Assembly: GCA_965153455.1 (NCBI GenBank)
Contig: OZ234494.1
Span: 1,984,001 to 2,048,000, forward strand
Source of the DNA: Sphagnum compactum
Lineage: Eukaryota
Reading direction: 5' to 3'
Length of the DNA: 64,000 bases
The notes under the pieces: generated by a model
Seen by the model: only the letters and a program-made list of their open reading frames with translations
The model's database searches: none
Told to the model about the DNA's origin: nothing
Translations under genes and position numbers: made by a program
Shown: in pieces, positions 1 through 14,100 of the stretch
Position numbering within the stretch: position 1 is the first letter of the stretch
Layout of the letters: each line of letters begins with the position of its first letter

Positions 1-575
1 GCCCCTAACTCCTCTCTCCCACCCATGACCCTTGGCAAAGGTCCTTCGACCTATTACCTTTAAACAAGGGCCTTTCTATATAGTTTTGGCCCCTCCCTCT
101 TTCCCTTGTGTCATTATGACTTCTGCTTTAATCCTAGTTCATCCAATTAGGGCATTTCGAGCTTATGGGCCAATCGTACCATCTATCCATGTTGAGAATA
201 TGAGTTGATCCCCCCTCAATGTGATACCCCTTGTTCTAGTTGTGGGGCTTTATTTACATGTCTTGGTTTGGCACGCCATCAAAGGCGGTGCCAATTTTTT
301 CAAGTTAGTTCATTAGGGGGCAATAATAGTATCCCATCCCTCTAGACCCCATGCCCCCCTCTAGTAGTTTAGGCATGGATATTGAGTTTAGATCCCCTTG
401 GAATTTGTTTTGTTGGGGTGGTGAAGACCCCAAGCTTTGATTGTATTCTTGCATCCTAGTTGTTTTGAGGCAGAAGGTGAAACTAACATTTAGATTTCCT
501 TTCAATCGCATAGTGCAAAACTCAGACGATGTTACTGCTTGGCACTTTTTTCTTCTTTTCCCCTAGTGGTGCCTT

Positions 576-1647
576 CACTATTAGAATTCCAAGTTTTTCA
601 AACTAAGTTTTTTGGTCAAAAGAAACCCCAAAGTGATAAGCATAAAAAGAACCCTTTAGTTTTTAAAGATAAGTCGATTTTAACAAGTCCAGTATGACTA
701 ATATGGTTTTTTTACCAACCATGGGGTGGTGCTTTTGCCTGGAGTTTTTGACTGGTACCCTTTGACTAGTGGTCAACTGTTATCGATAAAATATAACCAA
801 TAAAAATTCATGTACATAAACCCTAAACCCAGGTATACAAATTCATGTACATGAATTGCATGACTTTGAACCCAAAACTTCACAAAGGCATCCAAATGAC
901 TTAGCCACCAAGTCACACAACTTTTTGTTAATAAAACTTGTGCAACATTTTGTTTTATCTTCTTAACTATGAAATAGTTTGGAAATCCCAACTTTGGCAT
1001 ATATTTTTTATTTTAATTTTTGTTCAAATGAAGCAAATAAAGGCATAATCTTGTAGCTTATTCAAAGATCTAATCAATAAAACCAATATATTTTGTAAAT
1101 GTTGAAATGAATTATAAAAAAATTTCTTGAAAATAACAAATTGATGACAAATTTCAAAGGAGGTACATAACCTTAGGTCAATTGTAAGATGTTAGTCAAT
1201 TAGATAGGTATGTTATATGACGTGGTAGTTGGGTGGGTGGGTGGGTGGGTGGGTATGTAGTTAGTACACCTAGGTAGGTAAGTAAATAGTACATTTATAT
1301 AGGTAAGTGGGTGGGTAGGTAGGTAGGTAGGTTGTAACATTGTAGGTGGGAGGTATGTATGTAATAGGCATTTAAGATGTTCCATTTGACAAAAAAACAT
1401 TAGTGATTTTGACTATTGATGTCAATTTCTTATGTTCAATTTGATTAAATGTTTCATTTGACTAAAACCCATTCATCATTTTGACTAGGGTTGTTCAATT
1501 TGACTAAATGTATTGGTTAAATAAGTCACTTTAGTCAAATTGGTTGGTAAAAAAATACATGCTTTGAACCTTTAGTCAAAATGAACATGGTAAAAAAGAC
1601 CAGTTAAACAACTTGGAGTGTTTGAAAAACCTAAAATTCTAGTAGTT
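576..1647. mobile_element. Non-autonomous CACTA (En/Spm) DNA transposon
   Basis: Starts CACTATTAGAATTCCAAGTTTTTCAAAC (576) and ends GTTTGAAAAACCTAAAATTCTAGTAGTT (1647; terminal TAGTG reads TAGTT), an imperfect terminal inverted repeat. A 3-bp TSD CTT lies at 573-575 and 1648-1650. There is an internal GGTA/GGGT microsatellite (~1200-1360) and no transposase. Confidence 0.75.
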
Positions 1648-4287
1648 CTTCTTTTGGATGCTCAAGATGGGAAGGTTGGGCATAGGGAGACTAGGATTTG
1701 GTTACAAAGGTTCCTTTTTGGTGATTGGGAAGAGCTTCAAGTAGAACATTTGTTGCACACATAAGCCTTAACAGCTATTTTACCTTTGGTCCCCCCTCTT
1801 ATTCGGATGGTGCCTCTACCTAAGAGGCTTCATCCTTTTTTTCCCACTTGGGGCCCCATTGTTTTCGTCAAAGTTTAACCTTAGGGCGAGTTAGGGAGTA
1901 TGTTCGTGCTATGAGGGCCCTCACCTCCTTGGCACTAACTTCAACCCCTTTAGAGACCATTATTATTTTACAGGCTTTTTTCATCCCTTGGATTCATCCT
2001 TGTCTTGTTTAGATTTTTTGATGGAGTTCCAATTAAAAGTAGATTTGGATTTTTTTAAAAACATGTTTAGGTCAATTTTCATCCATTCAGTTCACCTTTC
2101 AACTAGAAGGCCTTCAGGCATGGTTTTTGAACACCTTTGAGATATATTTGAACTAGAAAACTTAACTAATGATTTTTTTCCAATTATTCTTGGTGTGTTC
2201 TTATGTTGTTACATGGCATATTTTCAGGAGTATAATTAGGGCCCTTGGTGATATTAAGTTGTTAGTTTTGGCCAAGCTTTCTGGTGGTATTCGACTAATT
2301 GTAATAGGCGAGGTTCTTTATTGGTTGGTGAGTAGGACCCTTTGCCTTTAGTTTGTGATGCATTTGCCACTCATTTATCCCCCCACTAATTTGGGGTCAT
2401 AGTTAAAAAAAGGCTATGAAACAATGGTGCACGAGATTTGGGCATCTTTAAATGTTCACCTTGATTGGGTGGTGTTGCAGGTAGACATTACAAATGTTTT
2501 CAACACTATATTCCATAGGGTTATATTCTAGGAGTTGCGTGTTGTAAGTGAATAATTGTTTTAGCTCATACCTTTTGTCCATTCCTTTTATGCTCCTTAT
2601 TTCTTTTTTTTTTAGTCACCACTCCTTTCAAGGTGAATTGTATGTTATTCAGTCTTCCATTGGTACCCTTCAGGGGATCCTTTGGGTGGTCTTTTTTTTG
2701 CCCTAGTTCGTTTCCGCACATTTTGTAGTTTGACTACCCGTTTCACATCTTGTTTATTCATTTCCATTACAAATGACACCCACATCATTGGGCTTGCTTC
2801 AATTGTATTTCATGTTTTTATGATTTTTTGTCCCAATTTGATTTGGTAGGTTTTATACTTTAACCCCATAAGTGTGCTACTTGGTGTCCTTCAAGGTTTT
2901 CCCCTCCATTATGTTTCTATATCCTTGCTAAGGGCATTAGGGTTTTGGGTGTTCTTTTGGGGTCTTTTTCTTTCACTTCTTCTTTTCTCAAGGAGGCTTT
3001 GGACGATGATGTTTAACACATAGATGCATTTCTTAGGTTAGGGAATGTGTAGGTGGCATTTGGGATTCTCACTCGTTGTTTTATTTAGAGGCCTTATTAT
3101 TTTCTTTGTTATTTTCCCCCATTCCCAGATTTTCAATGTTAATTAATTTCCTTTGATTTGACTTTTATTCACATATTTGGGAAATTCTTAAAGCTAGGTT
3201 TTTTGGAATGTCTGGAGGCTCTTTTAGTTCGTTGACAAACCTTTTTACCCATCTCCAAAGGTGGGGTAGGTCTTGTTTTTATAGAGGTTATTGCCCTGGC
3301 AACATACTTGGGGGGCTTGGGGCTTGTTGCCCTAATTGTCACATTTAGATTTTTGCAAGATGATTATTCGTTTTTATTAAGGGTTATAGGGGCCAGTAGT
3401 TCAAGTCCACTTCCATTCTAGGCTCACCTTAGGTGGGCTTGTGACCTTTTACCTCCAACTACTCAAGCCTCCATCCCACCTTTTGAACAATTATCAAAGA
3501 AATGAACATATCGTTTGTAGGAAGACATCTCAAAGAGTGTGCATGAGCATTCATTTTCCAACATCCTTTTAGAATTGTCTTTTGATTCTCATTGCGTTCG
3601 ATTAAGATTTTGTGCACGCCTAGGTTCGAGTGTTTGGCTTTCTACTCACCTAGTCATCCCATCTTTTAGGATGGCCATTGACATTTTCTCCTCAACACTA
3701 CATACTAGATTGGGCCTCCCCCATCCCATAGCTCGTGGTTTTTATTTATGAATATGTGGCCATGCCATAGATTCAATAGGGATATACCTATTTCATTGTG
3801 TTCATGGGGAGAACACATAACCACACATGATGTAGTTCAAGATTATTTTGCTTCCATTTCTAAGGATGCCAAAACCATGTTTTGCATGAACAAACATATG
3901 TTTTCCCAATGCCATCCCTCTAGACATTACGACAACGAGTGGATATTGTGTTTATAACAAATGGTACTCGTAGTTTGGTTGACGTAATCATTATTGATTC
4001 GACTCATGTGGATTTTGTTTCATGAGCCATTTCTTCTCGGGAGTTGTTGCGAAGATTGTAGTTTAGACAAAGGTTGTGTCATATTGCAATTAACACCCTG
4101 AAAATGATTTCATCCTTCTAACAATAGAAATATTTGGATGTTTACACCAACAAACGGATGACTTCCTTTGTCACTATGCCAACATTGCATGGTCAGAGAA
4201 GGGCTTTAGTGGTCCTCTTCTTTCAATTATATGTTCATTTTGTAGGCAAAAGGTGTCAATAGCTTTCCATAAAATTTAAGCAATCGC

Positions 4288-4470
4288 TGTCTTCTGTTAA
4301 ACAATTATGGTAGTTGGAGAGGCCTTTTCTAAGCTTGGTGTCCTTCCATGTCTTCTATTAAACAATTGTGATAGTTGGAGAGGCCTTTTCTAAGCTTGGT
4401 GTCCTTCCATGTCTTGTGTTAAACAATTGTGGTAGCTGGAAAGGCCTTTTCTAAGCTTGGTGTCCTTCCA
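4288..4470 (+). repeat. Tandem repeat, 3 x 61 bp
   Basis: Units tgtctt...ggccttttctaagcttggtgtccttcca start at 4288, 4349 and 4410. Confidence 0.95.
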
Positions 4471-5193
4471 AGTTTCTCACTCATCTCCTTGCATGATTTG
4501 CTTTCTGCTTCTGATGATGGGTTTAGGTCCTAGGTTTCGGGTTTTCTCTTATTAGGGCTCCCCATTGTGTGTTTTGCACTTTCAGGTGTGGTCTTTTGTT
4601 TGGACTTCAGGCCTTTCTTTTTCCTTCTCTTGTTCTCTTGCCGGGTGTTTTTCCTTTATTTGTTTATTTATTTAACCAAAATCCTTCAAGATATCATAAC
4701 TCTATAACTAATCTCAAGTTTCAACACAGGCCAAAATATCATATTTCAAAAGTCCTCTTATAAAAATAGACCTACTATATAGGGGCCAAAATCCCTTAAG
4801 CTACTATACTCTAGAATGAATCTAAACACAATATCCTTGCCTTGGTAGGTCCCTGCTGTAAATTACAAGTTTTTGTGGACTTTTGATGAGATGAAAGAAT
4901 GGACCTAGACATGCTCTGTTTCCCATTGGAAATTTTCTTAACTCTCCATATTTCCCTCCTCCAATCTCTCTGATTTTCAAAGAAGTTTTGATTCTGGCCC
5001 ATTGTTGAGCATTGGTTTGAATTTCTGTTGGGTTTTTTTTTGGAGCTTTATGGGTGAGTTTGAGGTCGAGGATTTGGAGGTTTTGGAATTGGTTTTATAA
5101 TGTTTCTGTTGCTGCTGCTGCCGCCATGATGTTCCGGGTTGTTGTTTGAGGTCACTTGTGTGTGTGAAGCTCGAGAGAGTTTGAGTTTTTGAC

Positions 5194-8100
5194 ATGGCGA
5201 TCACACTCTCTCAAGCTCCCTCGCGCTTGGTGGTCCCTTTTCTTACTCCTCCTTCCCTCAGGAGGTCATCCAGTCGTTTTAAGAGCTTCTGTGGTTGTCG
5301 ATTGGGCGGTCCAGGAAGCTTCTTCTTGGTCCATGGTCAGCGGACCAGAGCCTCTGCTAGCAATACAAACTATATATTCGGGGTCGATGTGCGTGCCTGT
5401 GTGCTGCCAATTCGCAAAACTGTCCGAGCAACCGGTGTACAGCAGTTGTCCTCGGAGCCATTGGAGGGGGGAGAAACAGACCCGGAGACTGTAATAAGAA
5501 TTGTAATTGACAATGAAATGGACGAGAGCTGTACCTCCATTGATATCATCTCGCCCAACTGGCCCGGGATTCTAGCGTGCGTAACATTGAGATTCAGAGA
5601 CCTGGAGCTGCAAGTGGTGAAGGCTTCTGTGGAATTGAAGGAAGGGTTTGTGTTCCACAAGTTCTTAGTGACGGACAACCGAGGCCTCAAACCTCAAGAT
5701 GCCAAAACCCTAAACATGATAGAGAAAGGTTTGCACGCGGCTTTGGATCCCGTACTGTGGCCGGAGCTAACGACGGACGGGAAACTCACAAAAGGTGTCG
5801 GACTTGTGGGCAATCCGGAGCTCCAGAGACGGAGAAGGTTGATGTGGCTGATGGACCAGTATTTGAAGAACGATGTCCTGAGCATTCAGAAGAGCATTGT
5901 TGACCACGTTGAGTACACCATTGCGCGCTCTCGCTTCAAGTTTGATGACTTTGAAGCTTACAAGGTTGATCTGCATCCTGTGTTCAACCACTTCACCTTC
6001 AGTATTCCGTATTAAACACAGATTGGACGTACTGGTGAGGAAGGTGGACTATGTGTGGTGCTGTTAATGTACAAAGGGTCAAGCTTTTCTGTCAATATGT
6101 GACCCAGGGTCCAATTACCACAATGCTGAACAGCAATAGGTCAACAATGGTAATTGCAATAGGTCTTAAAGGACTTTAAATCAATCCAAAAATTCCCATC
6201 TGCAACAAGTTCCATTACATAATTAGTACTCGAAAGAGAATTGTCCAGGTTTTTCCATATGGCCAGAATGCTAACTGGCTGCCTTAAAATAATTTGTATC
6301 CTAAGTTTCAGAGAAGGCAGTTAACCCTTGAACCTGTAACTATGCGGCGCCCATATCACCTATAAATGTGGAGCTGCCATGTTGTGCAATTGACTGGGCA
6401 GACTATGAGCAGGTTCCTGATGTGATCACTTGCCCTGTAGTTTGAGAGGTGATTTTTTTGCCCTATCACTGATTCTGATTCTGAAGCTTTTGTGCAGGCT
6501 ACAGCTAACAGTGTGAGGGACCGACTAATTGAGAGCTGGAATGACAATCAACAATTCCATAGGGATATGGATTCTAAACGTGTTTACTACCTGTCAATGG
6601 AGTTTCTAATGGGTTTGTCTCTTCGTCTGACTTTGAGGCATTTCTTTCCTGCAATCAATCTCTTAGGTCTGTAACATTGTTGAGACCATGTGAGAGTCAG
6701 CTTTCTATCCAGAGCATGGAATATATCAATCTACTTGAAACATTGTTTCTTATACGTGTAAGCTTGCATGGAACATCACAGGGCGGTCATTGCTGAACAG
6801 TATATTCAACCTGGGAATAAAAGAACAGTATGCACAAGCTTTAAATGAGCTGGGCTACAATTTGGAGGTTGTCGTGGAGCAGGTATGTATTGGTTCACAG
6901 TGAACTAACGATTGAGTTCTTCATGAGTATTGTTTGAAAGCAAGACACTATTCAGGTGGATAATTATTCAAGTGGAGGTTCTTGAGTTTTTAATCAGTAA
7001 ACATACAAGGCTTGAAATGTATGTCAATTGTCTGTTGTTTGTATGAATTGCTGCAATCAATAGTGCATGCCTTATCACTTTCAGTAGAATTACATGCTGT
7101 GTAAATAGAGCTACCTGTAAGACAATGTTCTGCCTGGCCTGTCTACAGGACCTGTTCATAAAGTTCAATACTAGACACTACTTGTTTTTGGTACAGCATT
7201 AGGTGTGACTGGCAGATACACATTGTAATGAAAGGACTTGGATTGTCAGCTCTTGAGTCATAGTGAAATTTCAAGGAGTTTTCATGTCCTGACTGAGAGA
7301 CCATTATTCAATCTATCGGTCAATCACTTGATATACTGCCTTTAAGATAAAGGCTTTGATAACACCTTGCATGGCAGGAAAGGGATGCAGCACTTGGTAA
7401 TGGTGGCCTAGGGCGGCTAGCAGCATGTTTTCTGGATTCCTTGGCCACCATGAATTATTCTGCTTGGGGGTGAGTCTTTTATTGCTTATTTCATTTGTTT
7501 CTTAGTGGTATTTGTGCATTGGACTCAGGGACTAGTCCAAGGGAGAATGCTGACTCCACCAAACTATCAACTGGGTTATTTGTAGCTGCTCATGGATTAA
7601 ACTAGCTACTATTGTCAGTCAGGATCTTAACATAGAGCACTCTACTACCCGTCACTAGTTGGTTCAGTCAGATACAGCTTAACATTTGTCACCGTCAGAA
7701 AACCTGGTGGCTATGCACTTAAGAAGGGCATGAAATTTCACCTTTGAGTTGAAATCTGCAAGGAAAGAAGAAGCAGGAGCAGCTCAGACTTCAAGTAATG
7801 TAGCCATCATAGGACCAGTGTTTAGCCCCTCAAAATGATCATGATGTGTTTATAGATTAACCATCCAGGCATATATATCTGTGTCACACTTCCAGAGATG
7901 AAAAGGAAAGCTATGCTATTATTAGTGTAATTCTTGTCCCTGAAGACAACGATGACAGGCTGCTCTGATTGTTTGACTGCAGTTATGGTATACGTTATCA
8001 GTATGGACTATTTCGGCAGACACTACAAGATGGTTTTCAGCATGAGCAGCCAGATTACTGGCTTAATGTAGGCAATCCTTGGGAAATTGAGCGTGTTCAC

Positions 8101-11100
8101 GTCACTTATCCCATATCGGTGAGTCCTCTGTCTCCTCAATAAAGGAACACACTATTGTATGCAAATGCAACAATTTCTCTAGAAAAATGGATGCCTTGAC
8201 AAAAAGAGGGGAATAACTAAATCTGAAAGCAGTAGCAAGGTTGTGGTCACTGGATAATTGGAAACAATGCATCTTATAAGGATTCTAATTCTCTCTCTCA
8301 AAAGGCAAAGAGTGGTTCAGGTCATGGCTTCAAGTTTTATGATTTTGAACTCACATGGTTTGGACAGTTCCAAAGGGTTATTGGAGGTATAGTTTACTAC
8401 TGAGGATATAGAGTTTGAGCCCATATGGCTATTACTTTTCCAAGAAAGACTGTGGAATTTTCGCATTCTTGCAAGTTTGTAGCAATCAATCTAGAATGTG
8501 TCCAGTCAGTGCTCACCTTCTTTGTACCTCCTTTGGGCCAAAAGACTGTTGAGATTGGGAAAGCATGACTCTGCAGTGAGGTCTGTGAACAGATGGTGAG
8601 TTCAAAATCCTTTTCTCTGGGTTTCTGTTGTCTGTACAGTTCTAGGGGTTGAGTAGTTTATGTTGCCTGTACAGTTCTATGGCAAAGTTGAGGAGAAGTG
8701 GGTAGAAGGGACGAAGACTTTCACATGGACACCAGATGAGATGGTGGGTCAAATTAACACTTCTCTGCTTCTTGCACAGTGGAGAGGAAAATTTAACTTC
8801 TCAATTTGATTGTTAATTTGTGCACCAATGAGTTGTGTCTGGTCTAAGGATAGTAGCCATAACCTCATGACTATCTATAGCTTGCTTTCCTGGGAACAGG
8901 TTGAAGCAGTGGCATATGACAATCCCATTCCTGGGTACAACACAGGCAATACAATAAATCTCCGCCTTTGGGCTGCCAAGCCAAGTGGTGAATTTGACCT
9001 GGTATGTGGCTACAAACCTTAATTTGTCACTGTTACTGGTAATCTCAAAGTAGGATTTCATCAACATCCTCATATGAAGTTTGAAATGTTACAATGTAGA
9101 AACTCTAATGTGCTCTTGAAACAGCAATCTTTCAATACTGGGGACTATGTAAATGCCATCCTCAGCAAGCAACGAGCAGAAACGATTAGTAACGTACTCT
9201 ACCCAGATGATCGCACTTATCAGGTTCATGTTCCATTAAAGCCCCAAGCTCTTGAGAATGTTGCTTGGCAGTACATGTTGCTGTTTGTGACCACAAATTG
9301 TGCTTGTGTAGAACTTGGGCGAATGATTCCAGCAATCCAGCTGTCATTTAAGTCATTTCCATCTACCATGGATGGATGTAAATGGTTGACAGCTCAGGTT
9401 GTTCACACCTGTGCAGGGGAAGGAATTACGTCTCAAGCAGCAGTATTTTTTTGTGTCCGCTTCACTTCAGGACATCATGCGCCGGTTCAAGGACCACCAT
9501 TCCACTTTCGACAACTTTGCTGACAAGGTCTGCAACCCTCTCCATTACTTCCAAACAAGAACAGACCTGAATACTACAGCTTTTCTTCAGATCAGGAACC
9601 TTATTGAGGAGAGTTTTTTGAACTACCAGGTAGCAGTTCAATTGAATGATACACACCCAACCATAGGAGTGCCGGAGCTGATGCGGCTCCTTGTAGATGT
9701 TGAAGGCTTGCAATGGGCTAAGGCTTGGGACATCACTACCAAGGTTTTCTCAATCACCATCCATTCTGTTGTTGCTGAGACACTCGAGAAATGGTCTGTT
9801 GAACTTCTCCAGACTCTACTTCCTCGTCATTTGCAGGTATCATTGGTTTCTCCCAACTTTACATGTCATTTAAAATGGATAAGCGGCCCCATATCATGTC
9901 TCTGCAGCACCATTTTCCATTGTACACACTTTCTGATAGATATCTCTAGTGTTGTGGTTCAGATCATCTTCAAAATCAATGCAATGTTTCTTGAGGAAGT
10001 AAAGAACAAGATTGGCAATGATTATGACCATCTGGCACGTTTGTCTATTATTGAAGAGGGAGAAAAAAAGGTAAGCACACTGCTGTAGCCCAACATAAAG
10101 TTTTAACATTGTTAGTCTTGCTCTTGCAAAACCTGCAAACCAAAAATAGTAACCTTCAATTTCCAAAACATCTAGTAATTGACATCAAATTATCTGTGCA
10201 ACAATTTCAGCTGAATCACTTCAAGTTACCATTTTTTGTATCAATGCTTCTTATTATAAGCATATACTTGCTTGGGATTGCAGAGTGTCAAAATGGGATC
10301 TTTAGCTTTGGTAGCATCACACACTGTGAATGGTGTCTCAAAACTTCACAGTGAACTTCTCAAAGAGAGAGTCTTCAAGGTGCGTACAGTTAATATTTTT
10401 CCTGCAATTGATGGAATGTTTCATTCTCTCTGCTCAACAGAGTATAATGTGTTTGGAACTGATGTTGTCAGGATTTCTATGATATATTTCCTCACAAGTT
10501 CCAAAACAAGACAAATGGTGTTACTCAGGTCCACATCACTGTACCAAACCACTCTGTCTCAGCAATTTCTCTCTGAACCTCCAGAAACTATATACAACAC
10601 CAATGATTGAAAACCCTGAACCTTCCAACATTGTATGGCCACAATATTTCATTTACATGGCATACATGTAGTTCAGGGGCAGGTCAATGCACCAATTCTG
10701 GATACAGACCAAAATAGCATATGCTGAGTTCTCCATTCTAAGCCTGCTTGTTGAACCATTGCTCTTTCCTGTTGCTGTGTTTTGAGAGGACATCAGAGGC
10801 AATATTGAGCACTAGTATACTCTGCTTTACTCTCAGAAGCACACAACACTTCTGATGATAACTAGCTCTTGAATCAAAATGTATGAGTCAAAGCCATTGA
10901 TCATGAAGGGGGTGTGGTTCTACAGCGACGGTGGTTGGCGTTCTGTAACCCAGGGTTACGCGACATGCTTACTAAGTGGCTGGGGACAGAAGCCTGGATA
11001 ACTAATCTTGACCTTCTCACAGGTCTTCGTCAGTATGCTTCAGATCCAATTCTTCAAAAGGAATGGAATCTGGTCAGTCCCTTATCTTTTCTTAGAAACT

Positions 11101-14100
11101 AGGGTATTACTGAGTGCCAAGAATCTAAATGCAATGGTGTGATTTTTTCAGTTGACTTTTATGTGGTCTGGGTACCAAATGGATGAAAGAATAGGTTTTT
11201 TCCCAAAGGATAGTCAAAAGTCAAAGCCCTGGAAATACAGGCATGGATACTCCCTTGCAGTTTTTCCCAATGGGTTCCTTGCCTGTAAAAGGGGTGGTCA
11301 GATGTGTTTATATAATCTTTTGTTCCTCCAGCAATCCACCTTGGTTTTATTCCCTGCTGCATGTGGAACAGTTCTATGGTGGATTAGAATCTGTTACTTT
11401 GGATTCTTCTTTGCTGCCTAGGTAAGTGACCATTGTGGACAGTTGGGTCTGACTGCCAGGTTCGTAGACATAACAAGGCAAGGTTGGCCACTTATATCGA
11501 GGCCATCAGTGGTGTCAAGGTAACCATTCCTGTTTTGCCCTACATTTGCATTGGACTCCTAACCCAATGTAACCATGAAGGTGATCTGAATTGGACCCCT
11601 TCATGGATAAACAAACAATGTTCTAGTTTTTGAGCTACCTATACTTGTGCATCATTCATGGGGCCCCATCTTCAGAGTTAACCTCATGGTCAACCCATAT
11701 TCAAGATTCAGTTGATGTTTCTTCAGGAATATGCGACCTGATTTCTCTCAGGGCATTGGGTACTTTAAATGTGCTGGTAGTTATTGACTGTACTTGATGT
11801 CACATGATCAATTCACAAATGCATTTGTCAAATCCTCTTGGAGGCAAAAGAAGAAGCTATGCAATACTTTGGTGAGACCATATACATGGAGAAAATGTTG
11901 TCAAAACAAAAAAATTTCCTGACATTTGCTTGTGGATTTGTGTTGTGTCCAATAATAACATTCAAAAGGTGAGAGAAGGCAAAACTTTAGGGTGTGCACT
12001 AAGAATGCAAATGTACTCAGTGAGAGTACTGTGTTTTCCAATAAACACACCTGGATTGATGGAATTTGAATATCTGGGTTCAGGACACACCAGTCACATG
12101 TGATTATGGGGGTTTGGGTGACAGGTCAGCATAGATGCTATGTTTGATGTACAGGTGAAGCGCATCCATCAATACAAGAGACAACTCCTTAATGTGCTCA
12201 GCATCATCCATCGTGCTGACTGTATTAAGGTATCTCCAACACCATCTACCCTGACCATCTCATATCTAATGTATCAAAAAGCAAGTCTGTATCTGTTGTT
12301 TGTTTTTCCCCCTTTTTTGACTTGAGGTATCCTCCTATTGCAAGCTGTGGTCACGAGTCATCTGTCAAGTTAGCGTTTGTGTCATCAGTGTTCCTTTTGG
12401 CAGAATATGTCTCCAGCCGAGAAGACAAAGGTGGTTCCACGGGTATGCATAATTGGAGGAAAGGCTGCACCAGGTTATGAGATTGCGAAAAAGATCATCA
12501 AACTAGTGACTACTGTTGGTGAAAAAATCAACAATGATAAAGATATTGGCAACCTTCTCAAAGTGGTATGTCACCTTTGGTTTTTCCAACTTGACAATGT
12601 TTACTCAAATGTCAATTCAGCTACTAAAATATGCTGTCCCATAAGCAGGTTTTTGTCCCCGACTACAATGTTTCACTGGCAGAACTGATCATACCTGCAA
12701 GCGACCTGTCACAACATATTAGGTCAGACTGTAAAATTTTCCTCCAGCTCCCATGTTGGCTCCCTCCTCTGTCTCTTGCTCTTTTTTGTCCCATAAGCCC
12801 CTGCAATAATTCTTTTCATGTCTTTTCCTGCATTTACTGTGATGACTGCTGGGTCTGAGATTCTTGGCTTGAGATATAACTCTAGTTGGAAAACTTTCAC
12901 ATCTTGTTCCATGTCTGGTTAGTTATAATGATAACAGATCTCTAGTTAACTAATATTATCAGGCTTTCTTCCATTTTGCAAAAGGGTGGAATTTCTGGAT
13001 GACTCTTGCATTATATTGGTGTTATGTTCAAAAACTTGCAGTACAGCAGGTAACGAAGCTTCGGGCACCAGCAACATGAAATTTGCTATGAATGGCTGCC
13101 TTCTTTTGGCTACTCTGAGTGGCTCGAACATTGAAATTCAAAAGGAGATTGGTGATGAAAACATTGTAAGCTGCAAACTGAAATCCCTAGCATGGCCACA
13201 TTGGTCCAACTGGAATCAGTGAAGTCTGAAACTATTCTTCTTTTTGTGCTTTCAATTGAGTCCCTAGTTTTTCAGGGTTCTTCAAATAAGCAATGTGTGA
13301 TTCAGAATGTTGCACCAAGAGATTTTGGCAACTGGAGAAGCTAAAATTTTTGGGTAAGCTATGTGGTGACAGTTTTGGATGTTCATTGCATGTTCAGTGA
13401 CAGTTTTGGACTCAACTGGGTTGCAGTTTGTGTTTGGTGCGAAACCAGAGGAAGTAGATCGCCTCCGGGCAGAGCGACGCCAGTTTCAACCTCCACAGGA
13501 ATTTCATCGCATCATTGGGTAGTCTTTCTCACACATCATCACATGACAGAAAAGCTTTTTCCTCCAGATGGTTGGTGTCTGTCTGTTCTGCAAATCAAGA
13601 GATCCCCAAACCCTGAATATGGAGCTTGACTAGCATCAAGTCTGAAGAGCTTATTGTAGAAGAGTTGGTAGAATTTTTTTATCATTTTTCGTCTGCATGG
13701 GTGCAGGATGATTCGCAATGGCAAATTTGGTGACACAGAGTATTTTCAAGAATTATGTCAGACTGTTGATGGTGGAAATGACTTCTACTTGCTGGGAAAT
13801 GACTTTTCCAGTTATTTGGAAGCCCAGGTAAGTAAATGTCGTCCTACAAATCTTTAATGCCGCCCTGGACATATGGTGTTAAAAATCACCCAGATTCTTG
13901 AATCAAAGACCTTTGTGCTAGATTGGTACAATCAGAAAAATATTTTCATTTTGGGATTATTTAAATTTCTACTGTGACTTATGCTGGTTCAACTGAGGAC
14001 ATCCCAAGGTTTGCTCACATCTTGTGGTCATGATGTTAGTGAAGATTTGCTAATCAGTGACCATTGCTGGGTTACAGGCAGCAGTTGATGAGGCTTATGT

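Larger units (their letters stand above)
1..4675 (+). mobile_element. Decayed CRE/SLACS-like non-LTR retrotransposon (RT + restriction-like endonuclease), interrupted by a CACTA element
   Basis: Manual translation through stops and frameshifts gives RT motifs SGGIRLIVIGEVLY (~2280), FGV..KG.ETMVH, VVLQVDITNVFNTI (~2480), QGDPLGG (~2675), SITNDTHIIG (degenerate YADD, ~2770) and GIRVLGV. Downstream are a Cys/His finger (CGHAID..G..LFHC..G....HD, ~3760-3830) and RLE-like RVDIV...LVDV...DSTH / F...IE.FGCLH (~3935-4150). Both ends are approximate; the 5' end may lie outside the window. Confidence 0.7.

Noticed and set aside
4288-4470. CRISPR-like array
   Set aside because: The units are contiguous near-identical repeats with no unique spacers, in a eukaryotic context without cas genes.
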